Shown: positions 37,661-50,163 of the stretch, one piece after another
Layout of the letters: every line of letters begins with the position of its first letter
How positions within the stretch are numbered: the stretch's first letter is position 1
Assembly (NCBI GenBank): GCA_964036045.1
Contig: OZ038379.1
Location: 16,492,001 to 16,556,000 of the forward strand
Origin: Eutreptiella sp. 'Long Island Sound 2002'
Taxonomy: Eukaryota; Protista; Euglenida
Direction: 5' to 3'
DNA length: 64,000 nt
The notes under the pieces: model-generated
The model's input: the letters and a program-made list of their open reading frames with translations, nothing else
What the model was told of the DNA's origin: nothing
The model's database searches: none
Program-made: the position numbers and the translations under genes

Positions 37661-39877
37661 GGGTAAGAAACAACGGCACTGACAGCCTGGAAAGGAGCGA
37701 GACGGCGTGCTTGAGACTTCACTTGGTTGAGGCACATGCGCCTCATCCTTAACGACCCCACAGAAAGGGGGTTTGAAATGTGCCCGTGCTACCCAGTGTG
37801 CATCTACAGTGCCAGCATGTTTGTTTGCAATCCGTTTGCTGTGTTCCCGGTACGCGATAAGTAGACGATAAAGTGTGCGATAACCGGTTTCGCGATTCCT
37901 TCCCACAAAAAATGGTGCAATTTACTTAAGCAACAACTGGGTTTTGGTGTGACCAATGGGGTTTGCGCAATAATTTGCGTGATAGCTGTGGTTTTGCACG
38001 CTTTTTGCACTCTGTTTGCAGGCCACAATCACATCGTCTCCCGCGGCTGTACATTTTTGACAGAGCAGAGGAGGCGATGGAGGAGCCTGCGCAGAAGGCC
38101 AGGGACCGTGGGAAGGGTGTGGTGGCTGCTGGGTAGCTGGGGAAGAGTATTGGCCCAAAGGTTGCTGCCAGAGAGTGCAGTGTGGTGCTGGGTGAACCGG
38201 CTGATGAAAAGTGCCATGTGGAGAATCTGGTTTGGTACAGCCGATGGGTTTTGGTTCAGAAGGAGGGGGGCTGGGGGAGGGCGTCCAACTAGGGGTTTAA
38301 TGCACATGGAACCCACCGCACAGGGCCAACATACCCAAAAGGGTGGAAAAACGGCAAGTTTGGGCCAATTTCGACAGTTTTTGGAAACCACCATCTCACC
38401 TTGTCACATCTGTAGCGGGCTGCCACTGTTGATTTTTCCGCTCAAAATAAGTGAGATTCACCTTCCAATTGCTATGTCTCCCACTGCATACCCTGGTTTC
38501 AGATTCACCGAATCCTCACTGCGTTTCAGATCCGCTACCGCAGTCATTTGTCATTTGGGGTCATCATAGAACTGGACAGCTCTGAACCTTGATTCTGAGA
38601 GGTTGTCCCAAGTACCACACAGTGAGCAGGCTACACCAGCTCATCTTGGTCTGGAGCAAAGAAAAAGATTCACCTTCATATTGCCCTATGCTTCCCCCTT
38701 CTCCTTGCCCCACTGGACGCCCCCTCCATCCAAAGGGGCATTCAGCGAACATCTATTCGGGGGCAATCACATGTCAAACCAAGCACCCTCTCCCCCAATT
38801 GGGTGTCAAACGACAGTAAGATGTGGAAACAACTGTCCACAAGTGCAGGAGGAGCATTGTGCATGAACTTTGCAGCAGCGGTGAAGGTAGCAAGGTTCCG
38901 TACCCCTGAAGACCATCTGCCAAAGGCTGTTTCGGGGCACAAAATGTGCAGATTTGGGAGGGCACCTCCCGATTTAGTGCCCCCGCCCCAAGGTGCCACT
39001 GGTGAGTTTTTGGCTCAAAACTTGGATTTGGCAAGGGCACCACCTAGGCTCCAGGATGGCTAGAGTAGAGTAGAGCCCGGAGCGATGAGGCGGAGTAATG
39101 GCCAAAACGGAAAGGAGAAGTGCTGCTTGTTGCTTCCTTTGTTGCTTGTTGCTTGTTGCTTGTTGCTTGTTGCTTGTTGCTTGTTAGCTAGATTTAAGGG
39201 GAGAGGGGTGTAGTAATATATATTTTGTTATATATGAGAGCCAAAATGGTTGTGAGACGGGGCGGATAGTGGAGGACACTTTGGGGACCCAGATCTCTAT
39301 GCTGCTGTGAGCAATCATTCCAAAACAAGTGCCTTTGGGAACCCTATCTTGACCCGGATTCAATATTTCTTATGCATTGGCACAAACGCCTTTGTTTTTT
39401 ATTTCATGTGTGTCTTTGTTGAGGTCAGGTATTTGGGAAGCAACATTGCCATCCTTCAATGGAGCAAACATTATTGGGAAGATGCTTGGAAGTGTTCAAG
39501 GTTCCTTGGAAGAGTGCTCGTAAGATTTGGCATGGAAATCGGGCCTGAATGCGCAACCAATATCCTACTCCTTGACCAGCTCGGTGTAAATTTTTTTGGC
39601 CCTACTTGACCTTGAACTCTTGCACATGCTCACCACTTTCCACTGGAATGCTTTGGGCAGCACTCTTGGGTGGTGGTTTTGCCATAACAACACAGTGAGC
39701 CGCAACGAAAAATTTTGGGTTGAGCAAGTGACGGTCCCCCACCCCCCCCCTAGGGAACGACAAGGGGTGGGGAAGGACAAGGGGGGGGGAGTAGGTCTAT
39801 CAATTTTCATAATGCCCCCCCTCCCCTCTCCGCTCGCTGTCCCTACCTCTTTCTCATCCCCCCTTTCACTCATCCTC

Positions 39878-39911
<34 letters not shown>

Positions 39912-42210
39912 TTTTGTTCGCGAATAGCCTTGGGCAACACTTGGGGGGTCCTTCTCCATCAGAGGGTATATCTGGGGCTGAAGTCGGGATAGTCAATAGA
40001 AAGGTAGCGCGCCGGGCGCGCGCCGGGCAAACATTCCCCCTTTCACTTTTTTTGGTCCGCCAGGTACGATTTGTTACGCATGTAGATTACATTTTCCAAG
40101 CTACTGTTGTGTGCGTTGTGTGCGCGTTGTGCAGACAGGCCCCCAAAAGACCATGATGGATTGTGCACCTTCCCTACAAAGCACGTTTCATAATTAGGCA
40201 ATAGCTGTGAATCCAACAACTCCAAATGTCATTTGTATTGTACTTAACCAACGGTACTTTGCCTTTACCTTTCCCATAGATTTTGCTATGGTAATAAGTC
40301 CCCAAGCCGCAAGCGGTTTGGACGGCGTTTCTGCCTCACGTCACAAGAAGGAAGCTCACACTCAACATTTCCTACATCACCCCTGCCTTCTCAAGGGCCC
40401 AAAGTTGGGCGGAATGGCTACATCACCCCTGCTTTCTTGGGGTACCCATGGTGCCGAGAAATCAACCTAGTAAGGAGTGGATGTGGTGGAAACGAGCAAA
40501 AAATGGATGTTTCTGGGTGAAACTGGGTGAGAATCCAAATATACCACATCCCGAATGTGAAAGAAGCATCAAAATACCCGCTGTCAAACAACAATAATGC
40601 CCATAGTATCACAAAGCATGTGTTTCTAGCACGGCCAGACGTGCAAATCGTTGCACTGCGCGCGCACTGCACTAAGTGCACCCCTAAAAGTTCACCGGTG
40701 GGGCACGGGTCAAAAAAGATGCCCGGCGCGCGCCTTGCGCGCTAACACTCCCCCGAAGAAAAAAGTAACCTTTTCACCCATCGGTGGCGGGGTTGGGGTT
40801 TCCCGAGTCAGGGCTCCCTTTGGGCAAAGGAGGGTTTCCCCGCCGCTGGTAAGTTTTAAACAGCCGTCGCCAGTACCAGCATTACACCCCCCCGCCCTTA
40901 CCCCTCCCCTTGCCCCTGTGTTCTCTCTCTTTCCTTGTCCGTCCTACTTTTGGAGGCTCTGCAATCACTATCATTGCTTGTCATCACACCAGTCACTAGC
41001 TATAACCGTTGAATTTCACATTGGTTTTCTATGCCCCACATGCACTATTGACCAAGCATGGGCAATCCTGACAATGTATATGAAATCCATGTTTCCCTTT
41101 GCACCCAATTCCAGTATGCTTGGGGGTGCACTAGTTCATGGATGCACAAAAATCATCTCTGGGCTTTCTTGCATTTCTCTGATTTTATCTTGAAAAGTGA
41201 AGAACTACACATTGGGTCTAGCACCCTCTGCCCCCTTTCCACCACTGTCTTGCCCCAAGGCATTTGCACAACCACCACGGCTAAAGGCAATTAGACCGCA
41301 GGACACATCAAAAGCAATGAAGATCCTCCACTTAAACTGCGCTTGGAGCATGTCCCTAATCAAAGGCAGTGAAGATGTGCATTGCTCTTCACTGCCTCTG
41401 CTCTGAAGGACCTCTGTGGTGCTCGTGGTGTGTGGTGTTTTGAATGCACTAGTCATTGGGTGATTCCTCACCATAAGAATCCAGCTTCCACGCATGAAGG
41501 ACAACATACAGTGAACGCCGGTAAAAAAAGGTGAAAAGTGGGGCAAAGGGGTGAAAACCACCCTATGCCATATCCCCGATTCAAAAACTTCAAAAACACC
41601 GAGTGTCAAACAAAAATACATACCACTGCCGACACACACGTGAGCAGGCCACATGTGCTGAAATTGGCAACTCAGGACCTATGGGATGCATCAGACTTAA
41701 AAACATTCCCGGTGCACCAGCAAGGGGCCACATGTGCTGAAATTGGCGAATGTGATGACAAACCCATGTCTTATGTGGCCGCACTACATTTTGTACGTAA
41801 TCAAATTAAGTACACAATTATTAAGGTTCCTACGCCTACTGTAGCTTGGACAAGGGCGTAGCTTATACAAGGGGGGGGGTGGAGTAATTTGGAAGCGAGA
41901 ACTCCCTGACTAGGCTCGCTTTGGGTGGGCTCCGACTAGCCCCGCCTCACTAAACGTGCCCTATTGGCATTGGGCGACTACCTAATGGGCGGGACACACA
42001 CCCTCGGGGGTTGGGTACCACCAACCAACTGCACGTCGTCCACGGGTGCGCACACTTCACCCTCGTTGGCGCATCGGACTGTGCCCCCCAGCGTGTGTGT
42101 GCGGGGGGATGATCACCAAATGACACCCCACCCCCACCCCACCCCGCATTCCAGTATAGCTCAAGGCCAAATTCCTTTGATGCCTTGGGCGCGTCTGATT
42201 TCCTGTTGTT

Positions 42211-42424
42211 GTTTTTTTTTTGGCTCAGACCAAGATGAGCTGGCGTAGCCTGCTCACTTCACAGTACTCGAGGTGACCCCTCGGGATCAAGGTTCAGAGC
42301 TGCCCAGCGCTACGATGATCCCACAAATGACTGTGGTAGCGGATCTGACACGTAGTGAGGATTAGCTGAGTCTGAAACCAGGTTATGCAGTGGGAGACTG
42401 CCACGCCCGTAGGCTTCCTCTGCC
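42211..42424 (-). mobile_element. Short poly(A)-tailed retroposon with a perfect 17-bp TSD
   Basis: TSD tctgatttcctgttgtt at 42194-42210 and 42425-42441. A T-run at the left end is the minus-strand poly(A). The body is homologous to 23000-23192 and extends about 25 nt further 5'. Confidence 0.85.
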
Positions 42425-42953
42425 TCTGATTTCCTGTTGTTTTTGAACCAAGTGACGGTTGCCCCGCCTTGGGGGCGGGGGGTAGTTGCTGCATGCACCT
42501 CCACTTTCTTGCCCCCTCAACGTGTGACCTCCCTGGGGGATTACCTGCAACACTGCCCCATCCCCTGCTGTTCAAGATACAGTAGGTGTGGGGATGACAA
42601 CCCCCCCCCCCTACCTACACCCCCCCTCACCTGTCACCGTCGCGTCTCCCTCACCTATAGCCCCCCCCCCCCCTCCTCCATAACCTCTTCCACCACCTAA
42701 AATCCTGCCACACCACCGCTAACCAGCCCCCTGCCCCATCTGGCTGATGTAGACTGGCAGCAGGTCCGAGCTTGACGCCCCCATACCGCAGCCGGTTTCA
42801 GAAGAAGAATGAATATGAAAAAGCATGAGATTGCTTGAAGGCTGACGGAGATAATGCGCTGTGTCTGTGCCTGAGTGTCGGGTGCTGAGCGGAATTGTGA
42901 GGGTCAAAACGTTGACCTGCCCAGTCCTGCCTCTTGAGTGTTCAGCAAGGGGG

Positions 42954-43200
42954 CCAACCACTGGGCTCCGCGAACGCGAAAACGACACCAGCAGCCCCAG
43001 CACACCAACCACTGGGCTCCGCACACGCGGCAACGACACCAGCAGGAGCACCGGCCGCAGCGGCCAACAGAAAGCAGCAACCCGACGCAACATGTGAAGG
43101 GAAGAACAGGTGACTGTCCAGGGCCCCGTAAAGAAACAACAACCAGACGGAATGTCACTCAGGGGGGTCTTCGCACGACTGGCCACTCAGCAATGTGACG
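42954..43200. repeat. GC-rich repeat fragment with an internal 51-bp direct duplication, probably a dispersed repeat family
   Basis: ccaaccactgggctccgc..acgcg..aacgacaccagcag at 42954 and 43005. The antisense pseudo-peptide VAAFCWPLRPVLLLVSLPR.. resembles a high-copy euglenid repeat I recall, but this is unverified. Confidence 0.5.
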
Positions 43201-44916
43201 GAGCCCCGCCCCCTTGTGTCTAGTACTTGTCTAGGCCTTGCACAAGCGACAGTAGGTGGAGGGAGCATACTTATTTGGGTCTTTTTGAGGTCGTAGCAAT
43301 CGGGGATGTGTGATGGATTGCGGTGGTGCCCGCTGCCCCTTTGTACAAGCCCGGGGACTTATGGCTTTCTGCAAAGAGCATTTCTCTTTTGGGTGCCCCT
43401 TGTGGCAGTTTACAAGATATGGCTGTTTTCGTGGGCTGTGGGTTTTGGTGGGGGTGGTGGGGTGTGTGGGGGGTTTATAGACTCGAGGCACTGCTCACAC
43501 CTGCTCACCTCTGTGTGAGTCTTCCACAACGGAAGTGTACAGGTACGGGTAATGTCCCATGGAGTCACTCGCGACGGATGGAATTTCGAGAGCCGAATCA
43601 GGGTTTTGGTGTTCTTATTCTATAAAACTGTACACGGTGGTCAGTTGCACAGCTTCGTGGACACCATTGCCCAGCGGTTCCTTTTTGGTGTTGCTTGTTT
43701 GGCACATGTCATTCACGGCAAATTGCATTCGGGGATTTGATGGGTGATGCCTGCCTGCACCGGTTGTACACCCCAAGCGAGCACCTGCACCCAAACGCGT
43801 GTTTGCGCGCCGTGCGAGCAGACCCGCGTTGAAAATCTGTCGCATGAATCAGTGTCAGGCCCGGACGAGACAAACAGACAAACAGACAGACAGAGAGACG
43901 AATGGACGTCCCAATGTCCTGGCCAGATTGGCACGCTTTGGACTTGCACCCAAACCTGCACCGGATTTACGCAAGCGCAAAGCTGACCACGTTCAACTCT
44001 TGCGAATGCTCAGCCGCACGCGCAAGGGCTTCCAGTCCGAGCCTTCGACTTCCACCTGCCCCCAACCGGTGGTCCAATGAACAAAATCTAATGCAACTGC
44101 CCCAGCCCCCTCCCCCACCATGTGGGACGGATATGGGGGCGGCTGTTGCTTCCGTCTCTGCAAAGACGTCCACCGCATGCACGTTGTGCTGCCAGGCCGC
44201 GTTGAGGCCCACCCCGTGCCATGCTCTCCCTCACAATGTACCCGCCAGGGACAGGGCGGCAGCCTCCTTGTTAGTGCCCAAGCCCCCCCCCCGACCAAAA
44301 GTGGGCCAAAGGGGTCTCGTTGCATTATGTGCTCACTGCGTGCATATACCAGATACTAACCCAAGTAAAAACACCACCTCCCCACTGCAGGTCGAAGCGC
44401 AGCAACACAAAAGGCATATGAAATTCTGAAGCCACCGAAATCGTGCAATGTGCTGTTCAAAAGATCAAATTACAAGTCCGATGTACAACCGCGCAAAGGC
44501 ATGCAGGATGGACACATGCTCCATTGACGTGGGCCGCACGCACATGTCACATGAATCGGCGTGATGGTGACTGTGCACGTGCCTGCACCGTGCGGCACCT
44601 TCACCAGAGATTATAACTCGGTGGTATGGGGGTACTTAGTATAAAGCGCAAGCACGTACGCTCACTGACTCCCGAACACTCCTCTGAGGAGAGGAGAGGC
44701 CATGCTGTTGCTAAATGCAAGTGCCCTTGACGGATTGACACAGAGACTACCGGCTAGGTCCAGCAGCACAACCAAATGACCCGGGGGTAACAACGAGGGC
44801 AGTAGCACGAGAGGAGGAGATTGAGGGGGACGGGGCCGTGTTTGGTCACATGGAGAGGACGGATAAAAGGGACACAGAGGGTTGGCACAGAACCAATTTA
44901 ATCATTCCTGGGGCTA

Positions 44917-45950
44917 GTGCTTTGCTGGGCACCATTGAGCACACGGGTGACACACCGCAACACACACAAAGACGCAATAATGTCGGCCTGGCAAAACACC
45001 TTCGGTCATTGCAACTGGTGGTCGACCAGGAGGGAGTGTTTTGTCACAAGCTTGGAGATCGATCCCCCCGCCCCCTTCAGTCCTCTTTTAGGGGACTTGA
45101 AGAGGGGAGGATGGAGGGGGAGGGGGGTCAATGGGAGTTCACGCTACATAAAGGGTTGGACTGGGACTGGGATTGGGATTGGAGCTTCGAGTTTTCCGGG
45201 GGGCCATCCCTGGGTCACAGGCTATGCAGCCAACTAGGCCCATGAACAAACGGCCCTTATTGCCCCAAAGGCCCCACCGGGTGCTCTGTGCTGAGAGAGA
45301 CACAGCACTCTAACGACGCCCCAGAGCAGGAACCGCCGCCTGAGCACGTCTGGACTTAGGCCCTCAAGGCAAAGTGCCTTTCCAACAACGCAGCCAGGCC
45401 CAGGGTCGGAGCCCCCCACTGGTCACTGTACTACCATGATCCTCCTTCTTGTAAGCACAGCACTCATAGCAGGAACAACGCATCAAGCGCGTCCCTAAAC
45501 GAGGGCGCCTCACTGCAGGAGGAGTCCCCAGATTCAGACGCATCGACGTCACCGGCCTTGTCCTCAGGAGGTGGATGGAGCGCCGGCCAGTCATCTTGAA
45601 CCAAGACACCTCATGGTGTATACAGCAAAGGAATTGGGGCCCCCTCACTGGCGTGTGTGTTTTGTGTATACACGGGAGATGGCTACACTGATGGCCGAGG
45701 CTGGGGGGGCAGAACAAAAGGGAGCCCTAAGGGACGAGGAATCGGAGCAACGGCACGCCTGTACTGTGGGGGGCAGCTGCGAAACACAGCTGGGGCTCTA
45801 TTGGACACCTACACGTACACCCGAACATGTCAGAACACTGCACCTACGGTGCGGTGCCCAGGCCAATGTTGAGAAGCTGTGCACGAGGCTCCTGACCAGA
45901 GCGACCCTCCACCATGCCGCCACCTCTGGTCAGGGAGTACTCGGACATCA
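44917..45950 (+). pseudogene. Decayed tyrosine recombinase (DIRS/Ngaro/TATE/Crypton-type) gene
   Basis: Pieced across stops and frameshifts. N-terminal AIMSAWQNT...WW....CFVTSLEIDPPAP (44971-45075). Box I-like MILLLVSTAL[ata, one base from aga=R]AG (45436-45474) in the same frame. Then RIKRVPKRGRL..RFRRIDVTGLVLRRWMERRP. Then His (45836) with LRCGA over adjacent bases in a shifted frame, and Tyr in LVREY (45938). Spacings are R to H about 123 codons and H to Y 34 codons. Confidence 0.5.
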
Positions 45951-46948
45951 AAGTGGGGGGGGCTTCCCTGCCCCCACCACCTCGACCTTTATGCCCCCCC
46001 CAAAAAATCATCTCTGAAGGAACGCGGGACGCTTGCCCGCGACCCCCGCCACCACGTCCGCATGAGAGATGCATTGGTTGTTGTTGATGAAACCTTGAAA
46101 CTGAAAATTGTGTTCCAAAAGAATACCCACATCACTATTTCGGGTGCGGTCGATGGCCGTCGGTGGCACAACCAAAATGAGATTCAGTGGAACAAGGGGC
46201 TGCGCATCCAAAGACCTGTCTCAACCCCCCCCCCCCCCCCCCCGGGCTGATGCGAAAACAGCGAGTTCAGTGAGTGTGCCCCTGCATTCCTCCAGAAAGA
46301 CTCTGGAGAGCCCTCTCGGGTGATACACCAAACAATAAAACCTGCTCAGCCAGTGTGGGCCAACAACCTGGTAACCGACCGCCATGTGTGCCCTCTGCAG
46401 CTCTGTTCTACTTTTTTTTGTTACGTGCGTCTCGTAAGTGCTCGGTCGGACGGACCGTTTCAAACATGACCGACTAAGTACAACCTGTGCGATATTTATA
46501 TACAGCGTCTGTATGTAGGTATTGCCGATGCTGCATGCGGCAAGTTTGCTCGAAGTGGTCACCCTCCGGAGTCCAATTAAGCAATGGGCATCCGAAAGAC
46601 AGGACAATGCGCTCCGGGGTCGTCAAGTCCATCAGCACTTCCAAATTCGGCCACAGCGGGGGTAGGCACTGGGTTGAGTGCGAAAAAGTTCGGTTAGCAA
46701 TTTCGCAATTTCGTCCTACTGTGCCCACAAATTGCAAGTCTCTTCGCCACTGGAAGCTCCTTGCCCTTTCAATGTGCTACCTATCTTTGCAACTGTCAAC
46801 TTATCTCGTTTGTGTGGCCAATCGGGTCCTACCTTCCAAGAGTCTTGCCGCATCCAACACGTCAAATTTATTCCAAAGACCATCAATATTTGCAGGTTCC
46901 AAAGTACCACACTTTGGTAACAACCCCATACGCGGATAAGTGCACGTC

Positions 46949-47412
46949 TCACACGACGCCCAACTTCCAACTGCCAACACGGAGCTTCCACATGCTAGAA
47001 GCGCCCCAGCCTGTCATGGGCACCACCTCCACAATCTCACGTGGGTCGGGGTCAATCCCACACATCCACTCATTTTCACCCACGATGTCGCTGGTCCCAA
47101 TGCGCAGCCTCCCATCCCGGAGCGTCATCCACATCTTTGTCGACAATGTGCCATCAAGCCGAGGGCCAGGAACACTACAAAGCACGCTGCCTTGACTTGA
47201 TCTCCGTATAGCCGACTGCGTATTGTTCCAGCCACCAATTACGATCTCATACATGCAGGACAGGTCATGCCCCGACGTGAACAAGCCAACATGAGCGTTG
47301 GCATTGGCCTGCAGCTCGAACCTGATCTCAAGGGCACTAGATGGGGCAAAATTTGTGCCCTTCGACCGATCATACTTGCCGATGTTTGCAGTGAAGCAAG
47401 TCCAGTATTCAC
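46949..47412 (-). CDS. Exon or relic encoding a farnesoic acid O-methyltransferase-like (Methyltransf_FA) domain; intactness of the whole gene is unclear
   Basis: RFELQANANAHVGL...MYEIVIGGWNNTQSAIRR...MWMTLRDGRLRIG...DPDPREI....TGWGASSMWKL matches the hallmark pattern of this domain. An acceptor ccctttcAG lies at 47413-47421. Neighbouring coding-like segments contain stops and frameshifts. Confidence 0.75.
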
Positions 47413-49416
47413 CTGAAAGGGTGTGGCATGGATGAGCATGAGGCATGGCAAGAGGTGCGAGGGCGAGGTAGCTGGGTTAAGGGGAAGCCCCAAGGGAACA
47501 AGAGGTGGATAGGTGTGTGATAGACAACCCCGTTTGACTCACTCCGTCTGGCATCTACACAACAAGCAGGCACATTTTTACAGCTACCGCTTTGTGACAT
47601 CCCTCAGTAACGTATTTGATAACTTCGAACAATCTCGGGTCCCTTGCTCCTAGTTTGTACACCTTGTGGATAGTTTCTTTCCAATCTACGGTCCATTTCC
47701 AATCTCCTCGCAACATCAACACAACCCCATTTGCCGTTGGAGCACATTCCAATTGTGTGTACCCTCCCAACAGTCCAATAGATGAACAACCCGAAGATGT
47801 GATGCAACCACCCTGAAACACCGCAAATATCACACAACACGATTGGTACTTATGCATGAAATGCACCAACCCATGGTCCAAGATCTCTCTCATTAGCTTT
47901 CCTAATAGGTCTTCTACAATATCATAAGAGAGGGCTAGGTCACTTGTCCAATTGAATCCTATAGCCACAATCCGCAAAAGCTACACTCAATTGAGACATT
48001 GCTTGGTACCCACGTGGCATCCCTTCCCCACAGATGATGAGAGTGGTGAAGCGATTCTCACCTGCAACCGCTGTCCTCCAACTCGGAGACCAAATCCTGC
48101 TTTGATTGCACATATGCAAGGAAGTCCCCGAATTTCGGTGAATTGCGAACCAACCCTTGGGTACCTTGTGGCCGACTTTTGTACGGAGGCCATAATGTGC
48201 ATGCTGTATGCATTATTTCATAGCCCCGACAGTGATTTATCCACCCAACCACTACGGAACAAGCTTGGGCTGTCTTCTCGTTGCACCACCCTAAATCTGA
48301 TACCTAAAGCACTTGTACCAAAGGGTAGGTCCGGGGGCATCAAACAAATTAAACGAGGTAGCATTGTTGTTGACCGTTGCATCCGATACCCAAAGGTCAG
48401 TCGCAACCATGTGCGCCTCTTTCGCAATATGTTAACTGTGTACCACAATGTCACGGCCCTCACGTGCCTCCAAATTGTCAAAAATACAATACAAGCATTT
48501 AATGACACCTTTTTGGGGGCACTTCTAAAAACAATATCAATCAAACAGCCGCCTCATGGGTGAATATTTTCTTCAATCTCTTGTGTTACCGACCTACCAT
48601 GCTTTCGGATAGTCAAACAACACTATATGTTTCTTTGTATAGCTTCCTTCTCAATTTGATTTGAAACTGTGTTACCCTATCATTCTGGAGGTCCGGTTTC
48701 CTCCATGCATGGCGACCATATTTTTGCTTGAAATAGGGTAGTATGTCACTTTTTGGGGGGGAGACCTTCATTGAACAAAATTTTGTGTGCAAAGGTGATT
48801 GCTCACAACGTAAGCACCAAAGCGTTCAATGTTCCATGGTTGCATTCATCGAGTATTGCAGTTCTCCGAGACGAAATTGTGCAAAATGCTCCTGCCCTTT
48901 TGCTTGCTCATGTAAACCCCCTCCCCGTTTAGAACGACCCGCCCCACTAGAACGACCCCCCCGTATACAACGACCCCCCGTGTTTCCCGGAGCATGCCAA
49001 CCAAATAAACCGACCCCTTCTCACACCCAAACCCCGGGCAAAGAGTGAGACACATGGACAGGTGGACAGGAAATGGACTTCCTATTGAAACTGCAGTGCT
49101 CAACAGTTGTAAGCCACCCCTTTGCCCTGCTCACCGTGGCACATGCATGACAAATAGAACGACCCACACCAATTACAACGACCCTCGGGAAATATTGCAC
49201 CGCGCTACCCGAATTTAACGACCGGGTCATTCTAAATGGGGGGGGGGGTTTATTTACAAAGGCACACACATATACAAATTGAATAGGGGTATGCGGCCGC
49301 CAAACCACTGGCAGCGCTGGCGGAGAAAGTTCGTCTGGCGGTGGCGGGGAACTTTCCCATAATTCCAGAAGGCCAGAGTGGGCTTGTCCAACAGCTCCTG
49401 GTTATCCGGTTACATT

Positions 49417-50163
49417 GGTGGAATTATGGGGAATTATGGGAAATTATGCGTGAAATATGGGAAATTTGGTTGGATTTATGGGGATTTTTGGTGAATTGTG
49501 GTGGAATTATGGGGAATTATGGTGGAACTATGGGGAATGATGGGCCAATCCCGGGGAAGTAGGAGGGAATTATGGGAAACTTTGGGGAGTTATGGCGAAA
49601 TTATGAATTTGGGATGTCATTTCTTGTGTTGCTGGTCGTTGTTTGTAGTTGCCGGCGCGGATCAACGGCAACCCCGCAAGAGTTCAAAGGAACCCATCAA
49701 GAGTCATTAGCAAGCCACCACGATTCAACAGCAAGCCACCAAGAATCAAGAACAAACCAACACAAATCAACAAAACCTCAGCAACAATCAAAAGCAACGC
49801 ATCAAGAATCAGCAGCAAGCCACTAGGCATCAAGAACAAAGCAACAGCAACCAATAGCAACCCCGCAAGAATAAAAAACAAGCTATCGGGAACGAACATC
49901 CATCCATCAACAAAGCACACCAAACCACCGCAAAATTCCCCCGTAATTCCCCCATGATTCCACCAACGTTCCCCATAATTCCCCATAATTCCCCATAATT
50001 CCGCCCAAATTCCCCATAATTCCACCATAATTCCCCATAACTCCCCATGTCTCCCCTCAATTCCCCATAATTCCCCCATAATTCCCCGAAATTCCCCATA
50101 AGTCCCCATAACTCCCCATAGTTCCCCATAATTCCCCATAATTTCCCGTAATTCCCATAATTC
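49417..50163. repeat. Inverted pair of 10-bp tandem arrays, (GGAATTATGG)n ... (CCATAATTCC)n, around an A/C-rich spacer (foldback-like)
   Basis: Left arm 49417-49606, right arm 49933-50163. The spacer has degenerate repeats (agcaagccac x3, caaccccgcaag x2). The NYGELW ORFs are artefacts of this repeat. Confidence 0.85.

Larger units (their letters stand above)
20528..41160. repeat. Tandem segmental amplification: four complete copies of a 5157/5158-bp unit
   Basis: Units start cttactcgcaagg at 20528, 25686, 30843 and 36001. All ORFs recur at +5157/+5158. Both outer flanks are unique, and the junction carries a 2-bp CT microhomology. Confidence 0.97.

Noticed and set aside
41647-41747. 22-bp direct repeat ggccacatgtgctgaaattggc; similarly an 18-bp repeat at 6393/6451
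   Set aside because: Only two copies each. They are most simply local duplications or subterminal repeats of unrecognised elements.
46003-46016. 14-bp identity (aaaaatcatctctg) with the right breakpoint of the 5158-bp amplification (41148-41161)
   Set aside because: Found post hoc, A-rich, with no flanking homology and no mechanism linking the two sites.
49341-50139. NYGELW-repeat and Q/S/K-rich ORFs
   Set aside because: They are translations of the 10-bp arrays and their low-complexity spacer.
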